Below, one piece after another: positions 1 through 10,674 of a stretch of DNA of 64,000 nt (its first letter is position 1; every line of letters begins with the position of its first letter). A program made the translations under genes and the position numbers. The notes below the pieces were generated by a model. The model ran no database searches. It was not told the DNA's origin and saw nothing but the letters and a program-made list of their open reading frames with translations. This stretch comes from Octopus sinensis (Eukaryota), in assembly GCF_006345805.1 (NCBI RefSeq), contig NC_043003.1, positions 22,940,001 to 23,004,000 of the forward strand, read 5' to 3'.

Positions 1-52
1 TGATGTCAAATGTTTTGACTTTGAGTCAGAGAAGTGTTTCTGCGACGAATAC

Positions 53-294
53 ATTTTTCTTTACTACCCACAAGGGGCTAAACACAGAGGACAAACAAGG
101 ACAGACAAACGGATTAAGTCGATTATATCGACCACAGTGCGTAACTGGTACTTAATTTATCAAATTCCGCCGAGGTCGAATTTGCCTGAAAGGCTAAGTC
201 GACCTCGGCGGAATTTGAATTCAGAACATAACGGCAAACGAAATACGGCTACGCATTTCGCCCGGCATGCTAACGTTTCTGCCAGCTCGCCGCC
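53..294 (-). mobile_element. tRNA-derived SINE, family A (monomer, tail 1)
   Basis: Minus strand starts GGCGGCGAGCTGGCAGAAACGTTAG (A-box-like) with B-box-like GTTCAAATTCC and tail ...GTAGTAAAGAAA; 15-bp TSD TTCTGCGA(C/A)GAATAC at 38-52 and 295-309; homologous copies at 7.2, 37.6, 50.7 kb. Confidence 0.9.
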
Positions 295-383
295 TTCTGC
301 GAAGAATACCTGATTTTGAAAATAATTCGATGACGAGAGTCCATATTTTGGAATCCCATTGTAGATAATACCATTACAACTAT

Positions 384-598
384 CTCTTTCTCTTTTACTC
401 TTTTACTTGTTTCAGTCATTTGACTGCGGCCATGCTAGAGCACCGCCTTTAGTCGAGCAAATCGACCCCGGGACTTATTCTTTGTAAGCCCAGTACTTAT
501 TCTATCGGTCTCTTTTGCCGAACCGCTAAGTGACGGGGACGTAAACACACCAGCATCGGTTGTCAAGCAATGCTAGGGGGACAAACACACACACACAA

Positions 599-633
<35 letters not shown>

Positions 634-803
634 CATATACGACAGACTTCTTTCAGTTTCTGTCTACCAAATCCACTCACAAGGCATTGGTCGGCCCGGG
701 GCTATAGCAGAAGACACTTGCCCAAGATGCCACGCAGTGGGACTGAACCCGGAGCCATGTGGTTGGTTAGCAATCTACTTACCACACAGCCACTCCTGCG
801 CCT
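384..803 (-). mobile_element. tRNA-derived SINE, family B (CORE-like block, internal TA/TG microsatellite)
   Basis: Head AGGCGCAGGAGTGGCTGTGTGGTAAG...GGTTCAGTCCC; MIR/CORE-like TTGGGCAAGTGTCTT; internal dinucleotide tract; 3' GACTGAAACAAGTAAAAGAG; about 10 copies in window. Confidence 0.9.
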
Positions 804-1444
804 ATATATTACTTTTTCTTCTAAAAAACTAATCATGAAGTCACTGAATGGCAACACTACAATAGATGCTATTGTAGTAACGTTCATATCGATATCACAA
901 TTATTTAGGGATATTTCCTATAATGTGATAAAAGTTGCAGTACGAAGGGTTATCTTGCCTGATAGCGTAGATGGTAGATATTATATCTGCTATGTCACTA
1001 TCATTGCTATTCACAAAGGGATTACCGTTAATGTTATTGCTACGAGTTTGTCCAACATATGCATAATTAATCAATACGGACACCCATACATCTCTAGCAT
1101 CTTATCAGGAAAGTTCTAAAATCACTATTAGGGCTGACATTAGCCTTATTATTAATAATAATATTCGATCACGGATTATAATTAGTTTTATCAAGATAAT
1201 CATTAATGTCTCTGTAAGTTTTATGATAATTTGTGCCAAGAATGTTATCAGCCATGTTTGGAATAATAAAGGTAGAAAGTTTCACTATACAAGTATTGAA
1301 TATTTGGTGATGTTTTTGTTGTGGAGGGATTCTTTTTTTTATTATGCATAAGAAGCTTTTGTTACGCTGATTTTAATTTGTGAGGAGTATTGAGGATTAT
1401 ATCAGGTTATGTTCCTCTTCCTAGATTTAGATTATTAACGATCA

Positions 1445-1790
1445 AAACGCCCCCCGTCCAATGGACGGTGCTGAGTTGTCAAACATTTAAACCAAATTTT
1501 CTCAAAACAACTTGTCCGACGTCCCATAGTGTTGAGAAACACTGATTTAACCTAAATTTGAGACACCAGCAAAAGACGGATTTCGACTGATGCACTTGCA
1601 TGTACAAATGCATGTTACCACGGCTTTATCGATCGCATTCTCACCTGGAATTGATTTTTGTAATTTTTCAAGACTTATACACGCCCTGATACCGCCGGTA
1701 TCTACATATCAAATTTGAGCGCAATCAGATGGAGGATGCCCGAGATCCTAGAAGACACACACACAGACTGAACGGATTTTATATAATAGA
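1445..1790 (-). mobile_element. Non-autonomous Helitron-like element (degenerate)
   Basis: Right end TTTTATATAATAGA|T gives a minus-strand 5' TC after A, like the Helitrons at 7.7 and 57.5 kb; hairpin CCGTCCA-A-TGGACGG at 1454-1468; terminal CTAG not intact. Confidence 0.45.
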
Positions 1791-2179
1791 TAAAAAGTTA
1801 CTATCTTACTATTATTAAATGTTCGAAAAGATTTTGCTTTTCTACTTACAATATAAATGTACTTTATGATATGAATGTACTTGAATAGATTCATATTTGC
1901 TGAAAGTTTTAGAAGCTGTCTTTCTTTTACGATTTAGATAACTTAGGATCGTATTTCTTTTGACGATGCCAATTTAGTTCCCTCTGTTACAAAAGGAATT
2001 TATCATATCAGGGAGACGAAGACCACATTATAAATATTTCTGGGTATTTTTATATTATCCATGCCATAACTTAACATATTTTAAAAATCATACTTTCGTA
2101 ATTGGTATACAAAAAAGTTTTCAATCATACTTTGTGTAAAAGTCGTTTGCACGTAAACCGTTCCCAACACTGACGTTTT

Positions 2180-2285
2180 CCTTACACACACATTTATATG
2201 TTACACACGTTTATATGTTATACACATTTATATGTTACACACGTTTTCGTTACACACACACATTTACACATGCACATTTATATGT
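2180..2285. repeat. ~17-bp degenerate minisatellite (TTACACACATTTATATG)n
   Basis: About 5-6 visible tandem units. Confidence 0.7.
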
Positions 2286-2813
2286 ATATGGCGGACTTTT
2301 ATTTTCAGTTTCACTTTCAATATAGAAACATTTCTCATGGCCCCCAGCAAACATTATAATACGCATTTTTATTAATGGATATCCTTAGGGAAATTTCCGT
2401 TTCTGATCTCACCAATATTTTCTATTGATATTAGGTCATTTGTATCAGTTTTACTAGCCCACCCCATCCCCACTACGTCTTAAAATTTCTACTAAATATA
2501 TCGATGTACTAAACGCTTTAGCTAGGTTAGATAGTATGTTTGTACACCTAATACAAGTTCTATACGAATGGACTTAAAAGAGTGTCAAAAAACGGGACTA
2601 AAAAACAACGAGACCAATCCTCTCCTTTTCTTTTTACGAACCGAGTATTAAACACATTAGCTTAGCTTTGTACGATGAAATCGATTCACCGCCAGCAAAA
2701 TCGTGCACATCCACCATACACGCACACACACCTTCACGAATACAAACACATATATATATATTCAATATATACATACACACACGCACACATACATACATAC
2801 ATACATACATACA

Positions 2814-2849
<36 letters not shown>

Positions 2850-2851
2850 TA

Positions 2852-3164
2852 CATCACGTGATCACCGTGACCGACCGGGCCATCAGATCTTGCTTCTCAT
2901 CGCTGGTCACAATGCGCTTTGCATTGTTTTAGCCGTCAAGTGACGCCACCCCACTGGCTAAGCAAGCAGGCCAACAGAAGAAAGAGTGAGAGAAAGTTGT
3001 GGCAAAAGAGTACAGCAAGGATCGCCACCACCCCTTGCCGGAGTCTCGTGGAGCTTTAGGTATTTTCGCACAGTAAACACTCACAACGTCTGGTCTGGGA
3101 ATCGACACAACCATCCTGCGACTGTGAGTCCGCTGCCCTAACCACTGCACCATTGCGCCTCCAC
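2852..3164 (-). mobile_element. tRNA-derived SINE, family C, tail alpha
   Basis: Head GTGGAGGCGCAATGGTGCAGTGGTTAGGGCAGCGGACTC; body shared with 5526-5826 and 43500-43805 but different 3' tail. Confidence 0.85.
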
Positions 3165-3182
3165 ATATACATACATACATAC

Positions 3183-3470
3183 ATTATTATGGTTGCCCCC
3201 TCGTTATCGAGTATGGCCATTGCACGAAGCTTAACTGTTACTGGTGCTGTGATCGAATGTGACTTTTTAGCCCAGCTAAAGATCTACATTGTCTTGTACA
3301 GAATTGGCAACTAAAACCTTTACCGGCAATAGCCGGCTGTAGTTGTAACTGGGCTTCATGAACCTCCTGCCGAATTACACTCTCTTCCACATGCCCGACA
3401 GATATGATTAGTATGGTGTGTAACACCACCACCAGTGGCCAGGTTGTCACTCATCTGTCTCGCTTTGTAT
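3183..3470 (-). mobile_element. RTE-clade LINE 3' end fragment
   Basis: Frameshifted peptides HICRACGRECNSAGG and FSCQFCTRQCRSLAGLKSHIRSQH resemble the CxxC..GLxSH C-terminus of RTE ORFs; short 3' UTR ending in ATAAT repeats. Confidence 0.65.
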
Positions 3471-3527
3471 GTACATACATACATACATACATACATACAT
3501 ACATACATACATACATGCATGCATACA

Positions 3528-3574
<47 letters not shown>

Positions 3575-3587
<13 letters not shown>

Positions 3588-3795
3588 TTCAGTATGTGAC
3601 CTCGTCTGTACCACTAGCGATTTTTTCCCGTCTTCCCTTCTCGGGATCTTTCCTTCTCCTATGTTTCCGACGAAGAGCTCCGCTCGAAACGTCAAGCCCT
3701 CCTTCTTCCCTTCTTTCCTGAGCGTCCAATAATACTTTATTTGTTCCACCTCCTTGCGTTGTTGTGTTTTTTTGTTTTTGTTTTCTTGTTTAGAT
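3575..3795 (+). mobile_element. Probable Penelope-like terminal repeat, family 1, with hammerhead motif
   Basis: Pyrimidine-rich body, hammerhead motif at 3663-3697, 3' end abutting (TA)n; 3' half recurs inverted at 11687-11790. Confidence 0.6.
3663..3697 (+). ncRNA. Minimal type-I hammerhead ribozyme motif (U4C variant)
   Basis: GUUU-CCGACGA-A-GAGC(UCC)GCUC-GAAA-CG-UC-AAGC: stem I GUUU/AAGC, stem II 4 bp, palindromic ACGU stem III, GUC cleavage triplet. Confidence 0.6.
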
Positions 3796-3833
3796 TAACT
3801 TTATATATATACATACATACATACATACATACA

Positions 3834-3865
<32 letters not shown>

Positions 3866-4544
3866 AATGTACATATATAACTATCAATCCCGAAGAGACG
3901 AAAGTCAAAGTTGTTAAGTTGCAAAATTGGCCGCGACGCGTTCGGAACGCTGTAATTAAATAACGAGAGAGAATAACTACCACAAGACATTTTGACCGAT
4001 GCTTCAACGAACGATAACTTACCAACTTGGTAAGGAATGACTCACAAACCAATATTCAAAAGTACAAGAAATACATAAATAAGTAAAAGAAAACAAGAAA
4101 TAAATACATGAAAAGACGCCATAAAAACAAAACTTAGATTTTGATAACGTACCAAAACAAAGCAAAATTAATTGCCTTTCTTGAAAGCAATAAATTCGAA
4201 AATACCACGAAGTTTAGATTCGCTCTGGTGATTTGTAAGGTGTAACTAAATAATAACAAGCAGCGCTTTTCTTTCGATATGATCTCTGCGCGTTTTATGT
4301 TTGGTTATTAATTAGGATATTTCGTGGAACTTAGAGTCGCGAGATAAAAATTCATTTCCAATAAGATACGTGTCCGTGTGTGTGTCCATGTGTGTTTGTG
4401 TGTGTGTTTGTGTGTGTGTGTGTCTGGCTGCGTATGTGTGTGTATATATATATATGTAAGCATGTGTGTATATTATATACACATACATATATATGCGTAC
4501 GTATATACATGTATGCACACACGCACGTGCCCATAGACATATAT

Positions 4545-4575
<31 letters not shown>

Positions 4576-4702
4576 TTATGCAAATGGATGTACGTGTATA
4601 TATACGTGCGTATCTATGTCAAACATATATGTATATGTATATACATATAAATATATATGCATACATATCTATATACACATATGTTTATACATATATATTC
4701 AT

Positions 4703-4735
<33 letters not shown>

Positions 4736-5525
4736 CACGTAAGTAACTATACATACAAATATAAACATAAATAAATGTGTATATATAGGTATATGCAGAC
4801 ACTGGCATACATACACACACACATGCACACACACACACAACACACACACACACACACACACACTGGCATACATACGCACACAAACACGTCTAAATATATC
4901 CTATACATTTTCGATATTATCGCTACTTAAAATGTGTTGTATCTTAAAACTGTCTTATAAGTTTTCTGTTCTATATTTAGTTACGATCTTGATATTTTCG
5001 TCTCCTGTCAATTTATTTTGTTTTGTTATCAACGAAACGGTGACGACATTGTCTCCGATTGAACGTAGATACTTAGATTTTTTTTTCACTATTTTAGTAT
5101 TTATTTTTTTTTTTTTGACAATTATGACTTTTATTGCGTTGTTTGCTCTCCATACTACCTATAGAACACGTTATAGTTTAGATAGGACTGTTATTGTTTT
5201 GATAAGTTTGTCAGAGAGGAGGAAGCATCATTTTTGACTTTTAAGAGGCTACCCAAAATCATTTACGCCTATCACTCGTTATACATTCGTTATAGCGCAT
5301 AGGTCATCAACGACGTTTCTCTACTGTTCTCGATTCTGAGCGGTCTTTTCTATACTCCATTTGCATCCCTGCCTTTCCAGGTCTGCCTCGGTATGCTGCC
5401 TTTTCTTAGAGAAGGTTTTCTTCTCACACGCTTTGTTGATCTGAAATTGTTATTAATCGTTGCTTTGGTAACTGCCTTTAAACTACGTAAGTTTGTCGAC
5501 TTTATGTAAACCCATTTTTACCTAT

Positions 5526-5826
5526 GTGGAGGCATATGGTCTAGTGGTTACAGAAGTGGACTCACGGTCGAGGGATCGCGTGTTCGAATCTCAGACCGAG
5601 CGATGTGTGCGCTTATGAGCAAAACATTTAAGCTCCACACAGCTCCGGCAGAAGGTATTGGCAAACTTCTGCTGAATCTTTCACCACAACTTTCTCTCAC
5701 GTTTTCCTCCTGCATCTTGCAGCTCACCTGCGACGGTCCGGCGTCCCGTCCAGGTGGGGAACCTACACGCCAAGGAAACCGGGAAACCGGCCCTATGAGC
5801 CAGGCGTGGCTCGAGAAGGAACAACA
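5526..5826 (+). mobile_element. tRNA-derived SINE, family C, tail beta
   Basis: Head GTGGAGGCATATGGTCTAGTGGTTA...GTTCGAATCTC; homologous to 43500-43805. Confidence 0.85.
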
Positions 5827-6469
5827 TTTTTACCTATAGCAAGATAGGTCCTACCAGAAGCTTTTGCTGTTGGTATAGCTCTTAGAGTCATTAAAGCATG
5901 CATGTCATCACACTACATCAAGGCCTTAACTACAAATATCCGTGAGTGGTGGGAGAAAAAGAGGAATTTATATTCAAACAAAGTTGTAGTTCGTATTCTT
6001 CCATCAGAATGATATCACCGAGGGACCAGTAAACTTGTCAATATACTAAGTACTGTGTCCCTTGTTTAATGTATTACCTGTTGAAATACATACACTATTC
6101 TCTGTCCTTGTCAGGTTTCCATAATTTTTGCGTTTGTAAAAGTGTCCTTATACTGCATTTGACAAACCGAACTGTGAGGTAGTAAAATCAAACAACGTAA
6201 CCATACAGCCGTGTCTGTTTAGGCGTCTGAGTATGACATGAATGGACAATAAAATGTCTCATACAGAGACTCAATAAATATGTTCGCCGTTGACAAGAAG
6301 TCATTTAATCACTTTACAAACAATATATTAATTCATCTGATCTACTTGGCCTCAATAGTATAGACAACGATAATCAATGTCGTATGAATTGTAAGACAAT
6401 TATTGCAACAAATAACTCTTTTCATTCAGTTATGTATATGTATGATACAGGCGATAACTGACATCCTCG

Positions 6470-6760
6470 CCCGGCACCCTGATAGGTAGAAAGGCAAGCA
6501 ACACTCACGCAGTACTTGTGCAAAGCCTTCATTGTCAGCGCCTGGACACCATCGTCGCAAAAGGTTCTGACGTTCCAGCAGGCTACCTTCAGTTCTATCC
6601 TACGTTTAAAGAGCGGGACTACTCCAGGAGTAGTTTGAAGAGCCATAGCAGTTTGAGGGTTGTTGATTGGTTGCAAGTTTGTAGCAGGTAGATAACTTGT
6701 ATTCGTATTCGTATTTATTGCCAAGGTGGTAGTAGGATTCATAGAAGAAGGAACAGAACG
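6470..6760 (-). mobile_element. RTE-type LINE 5' fragment (APE endonuclease N-terminus)
   Basis: ORF 6422-6742 contains LKVACWNVRT...LHKYCVSVACLS, matching the xxWNVRTL...DIAALSE start of APE endonucleases, then breaks off. Confidence 0.75.
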
Positions 6761-6997
6761 ACCTCGAGCTTTAATACGTATTAACTACTACTTTATTTTT
6801 ATCGATTTCGAAAGTTTGAAAGGTGACGTCGACTCCGGAAGAATTCGAACTCAAGACGCGATGATCCAGATGAAACGCTGCTGAGCATTTTGTCCAACGT
6901 TTTAATGATTCAGCTAACTCATCGCCCTATTTTGTTGGAAGTATTTTGCAAAGAACGTATATTGTACAATGCACGCACAATGTAAATCATATATAAT

Positions 6998-7394
6998 CTT
7001 TTCTACTCTAGGCACAAAGCCCGAAATTTTGGGGGAGGGGGATCAGTCAATTAGATCTACCCCAGTACGCAACTGCTACTTAATTTATCGACACCGATAG
7101 ATGAAAGGCAAAGTCGACCTCGACGGAATTTTAACTCAGAACGTAGCTGCAGACGAAATACATATTTCTTTACTACTCACTAGGGGCTAAATATAGAGAG
7201 GACAAACAAGGACAGACAAACGGATTAAGTCGATTACATCGACCCCAGTGCGTAACTGGTACTTATTTAATCGACCCCGAAAGGATGAAAGGCAAAGTCG
7301 ACCTCGGCGGAATTTGAACTCAGAACATAAAGACTGACGAAATACCGCTAGGCATTTCGCCCGGCGTGCTAACGATTCTGTCAGCTCGACGCCC
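6998..7394 (-). mobile_element. Dimeric SINE A (full A1 plus head-truncated A2 with tail 2)
   Basis: One 17-bp TSD TGTAAATCATA(T/C)ATAAT at 6981-6997 and 7395-7411 flanks both units; same junction as 50560-50953. Confidence 0.85.
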
Positions 7395-7470
7395 TGTAAA
7401 TCATACATAATGGTGACATAAATTGGTGAACGTTTGTGTTCAGAAATACGATTAATATTGAAGTTTATAT

Positions 7471-7662
7471 AGGCGCAGGTGTGCCTGTGTGGTAAGTAGC
7501 TTGCTTACCAACCACATGGTTTCGGGTTCAGTCCCACTGCGTGACACCTTGGAGAAGTGTCTTCTAGTATAGCCTCGAGCCGACCAAAGCCTTGTGAGTG
7601 GATTTGGTTGACGGAAACGGAAAGAAGCCCGTCGTATATATATATATATATAGATATATATA

Positions 7663-7693
<31 letters not shown>

Positions 7694-8170
7694 CTAGCAG
7701 TATCGTCCGGCGTTGCTCGGGTTTGTAAGGGAAATAACTATATAATCATGTTTAGAGAGTTACTTCCCCTATATAATAGCGAAAAAAATGATTGTAAATT
7801 ATTTTTAAAATCATAGACTCATCGTAGACGCGCGCTAATACCCAGAAGGGCTCTATATGAATCACGACTATAAGATACCCGCTTTTGGTTAAACAGCATC
7901 GCAAAATGTGGGAGTAGTTAGGAATCTAAATCGTAGGAAACAGACACACAACTTCACTTTTATATATAAAGATATATATATATATACGTATATATGTAAT
8001 GTATATATTTATGTATATGTTTGTGTGTCTGTGTTTGTTCCCCCATCGTCGCTTGACAGATAGAATAAGTACTACGCTTGCAAAGAATAAGTCCTGTGCC
8101 GACTTGTTCGACTAAAGTCAGTACACCAGCATGGCAGCAGTCAAATGACTGAAACAAGTCAAAGAATAAA
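7471..8170 (+). mobile_element. SINE B interrupted by a Helitron in its internal microsatellite
   Basis: 5' half 7471-7630; 3' half resumes at about 8010. Confidence 0.85.
7694..7972 (-). mobile_element. Non-autonomous Helitron (279 bp)
   Basis: Minus strand: 5' TC, 3' imperfect hairpin CCCGAGCAACGCCGGAC then CTAG, inserted between A and T; 5' ~200 bp shared with 57531-58346. Confidence 0.85.
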
Positions 8171-8276
8171 GGAATAGTCTACTAAACGAAGCTTCTAGAA
8201 TCAAGGCAGTGAGTTTTACGTCACCGACCTTCAAAATCACACATGGCTATTTGAAAAATAGAAGGAAATATTAAAC

Positions 8277-8437
8277 ACGCAGATGTGGCTGTGTGGTATG
8301 TAGCTTGCTTACCAACCACATGGTTCCGGGTTCATTCTTACTGCGTGGCGCCTTGGGCAAGTGTTTTCTACTATAGCCTCGGACCGACCAAAGCCTTGTG
8401 AGTGGATTTTGTAGACGGAAACTGAAAGAAGCCCGTC

Positions 8438-8520
<83 letters not shown>

Positions 8521-8700
8521 TTGTGTGTGTCTCCCGAACATCGCTTGACAACCGATGCTGGTGTGTTTACGTCCCCCATAACTTAGCGGTTCGGCAAAAC
8601 AGAGCGATAGAATAAGTACTAGTCCTGGGTTCGATTTGCTCGACTAAAGGCGGTGCTCCAGCATGGCCGCAGTCAAATGACTGAAACAAGTAAAAGAGTA
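8277..8700 (+). mobile_element. SINE B
   Basis: Full-length match to the family B copies. Confidence 0.9.
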
Positions 8701-8789
8701 ACGGAATTGTGGAAATTCTTAAGCATGCAACTTGGTCTTATTTGATAAGTATGTGACACAGAGATCTACTGGAGCCGGATTGAACTGGG

Positions 8790-8975
8790 TTAAACAGTCT
8801 CACACACATTTTTAATCTCTCCTTGTTTCTTTCTGTGTTCCTTTCTGTGGAAGAGCGTAGGCTCGAAACGTAAAGGACTTTCTCAATTCCTGAGCGTTAT
8901 ACTAATACATCTGTTTGTTTTCTACACCACCCGTCTTCGTCTTTTGTTTTTTGTGAATTCTCCCCATATCTCAAT
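8790..8975 (+). mobile_element. Probable Penelope-like terminal repeat, family 2, with variant hammerhead-like core
   Basis: CTGTGGA-A-GAGC(GTAG)GCTC-GAAA-CGTA at 8845-8872; homologous to 42185-42385 and more distantly 34540-34730. Confidence 0.55.
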
Positions 8976-9103
8976 ATATATTTACCTGCTTATTATCTAC
9001 TTATCTACATAAGAAATAATTGTTCTAACTACTCTACCTACATTATATAACTATTCACTTGCTGTGGAATTTACAGTACTAATATTTATTAGTACACGCA
9101 TGC

Positions 9104-9145
<42 letters not shown>

Positions 9146-9299
9146 ATTCACACACACTCCCTCTCACACACGCACACGTACATGTACGCGCGAATACAAA
9201 CTTTTTCCAGAACTGTCGCAATGTTAATTTAAGATATTGATCAATCTTGCAACGTTCGGCAGGATATGGGTTAATATTATGACCCCCGGGTCTTCGACC

Positions 9300-9450
9300 T
9301 TTCAGAATAAATACGCAATTAGAAGTGTTTCAGGTTGTAATAGCTCAACTGAAGCTTCGTCTTGTTCAATGCCAACACAGTAAAACCATATCTCGTGCAA
9401 GATCATGGCTTGTTGAATGGGAAACATGCAGACAAGTTCAGAAGAAATGC
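9300..9450 (+). mobile_element. Possible degenerate LINE endonuclease C-terminal fragment
   Basis: Manual translation VVIAQLKLRLVQCQHSKT resembles the DHxLVIAKLKLKL end of APE domains. Confidence 0.3.
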
Positions 9451-9539
9451 TCATATCATATACACACGCATTGATAACCATTAGGAAATGCACACTAACA
9501 TACTCAGACACACACACGTACACATACGTCCAGGTATAA

Positions 9540-9666
<127 letters not shown>

Positions 9667-9974
9667 TTGTCCAGGTATATAGGTAAATAATAAGTATTCA
9701 GATTGTTATCTGAGTGTCTGTCAAACAGCATATGTTTGTAACATTGAAAGCGTTGTGCATTGTCTACCGGTGCTGAATATGTGCAACTTACGTGTGAATA
9801 TGGGTTGTGCGTGTTATATAAAGCTATATGCACAACTCACTGTTTCTATGTCGTTCTCATATTCTTTATTCTCTCTGTCTCAGTACACACACACGTACAC
9901 ACGTATTATATATATATATATATATCTATATATATATATCTATTATATATATAATATATATATATATTATATAC

Positions 9975-10190
9975 ATATATATATAAATACAAAATGGGAC
10001 AAGAACGCAAACACATCCTGAAGACGATACAAAAAACACGGCGGGCCCATTCGAAGCGTTTAATCTTCAGTCAAGAATCGGATCATCCTCGCAATGTCGG
10101 CTGATTGATCTTGAGATTGCTCCAATCTGGCCAGCCCCAAGGAAAAACTAAGCTGAGAGCGTTAGTTTCCTTGGAAAAAAAACTTCGAAT
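9975..10190 (-). mobile_element. Possible Penelope-like terminal repeat, family 3
   Basis: T-rich 3' end into (TA)n; CTGAAGA...GAAT-GGGCCC degenerate core; hairpin CCAAGGAAA...TTTCCTTGG at 10137-10174. Confidence 0.35.
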
Positions 10191-10206
10191 GTATACACAC
10201 ACACAT

Positions 10207-10251
<45 letters not shown>

Positions 10252-10603
10252 CAAACGAAAATGAGAAAGGAGAAATAAATCAGAGAGGCCAGTGGCATAT
10301 ATTTGGAGAACATAGAGATCTACACATTTCTCAAATGCCATAAATCATAAATTCTTGATGTGTTGAAATTATCACCGTCTCAAGAGGATGTCCCATTATT
10401 ACCAAAATGACAATTATGGACAGCTCCGTATGAGAAGTGGCAATCACAGGATTGAAGAATTTTTCCGAAGTCGACATGCCATTTAGGAAAAGGGCAAGCT
10501 TATTGCTGTGTGTGTGTGTTTGTACGTTAGTGTATGTATACCACATATATATATATATGTATGTAGACGTTATATATATATAAATATGTATATACATACA
10601 TAC

Positions 10604-10674
<71 letters not shown>

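Noticed and set aside
718-1119. 133-aa ORF
   Set aside because: Starts in the antisense strand of SINE B and continues in AT-rich sequence with no recognisable motif
3930-4005. Additional minus-strand hammerhead (ACGCGU-C)
   Set aside because: Core has two mismatches, GAAA is incomplete, and stem I does not pair
3183-6760. RTE 5' (6.5 kb) and 3' (3.2 kb) pieces as one ~3.5-kb element
   Set aside because: The intervening DNA has no RT sequence and no shared TSD was found
10036-10075. Hammerhead in terminal-repeat family 3
   Set aside because: CUGAAGA is present but it has GAAU instead of GAAA and no valid stem II in this copy
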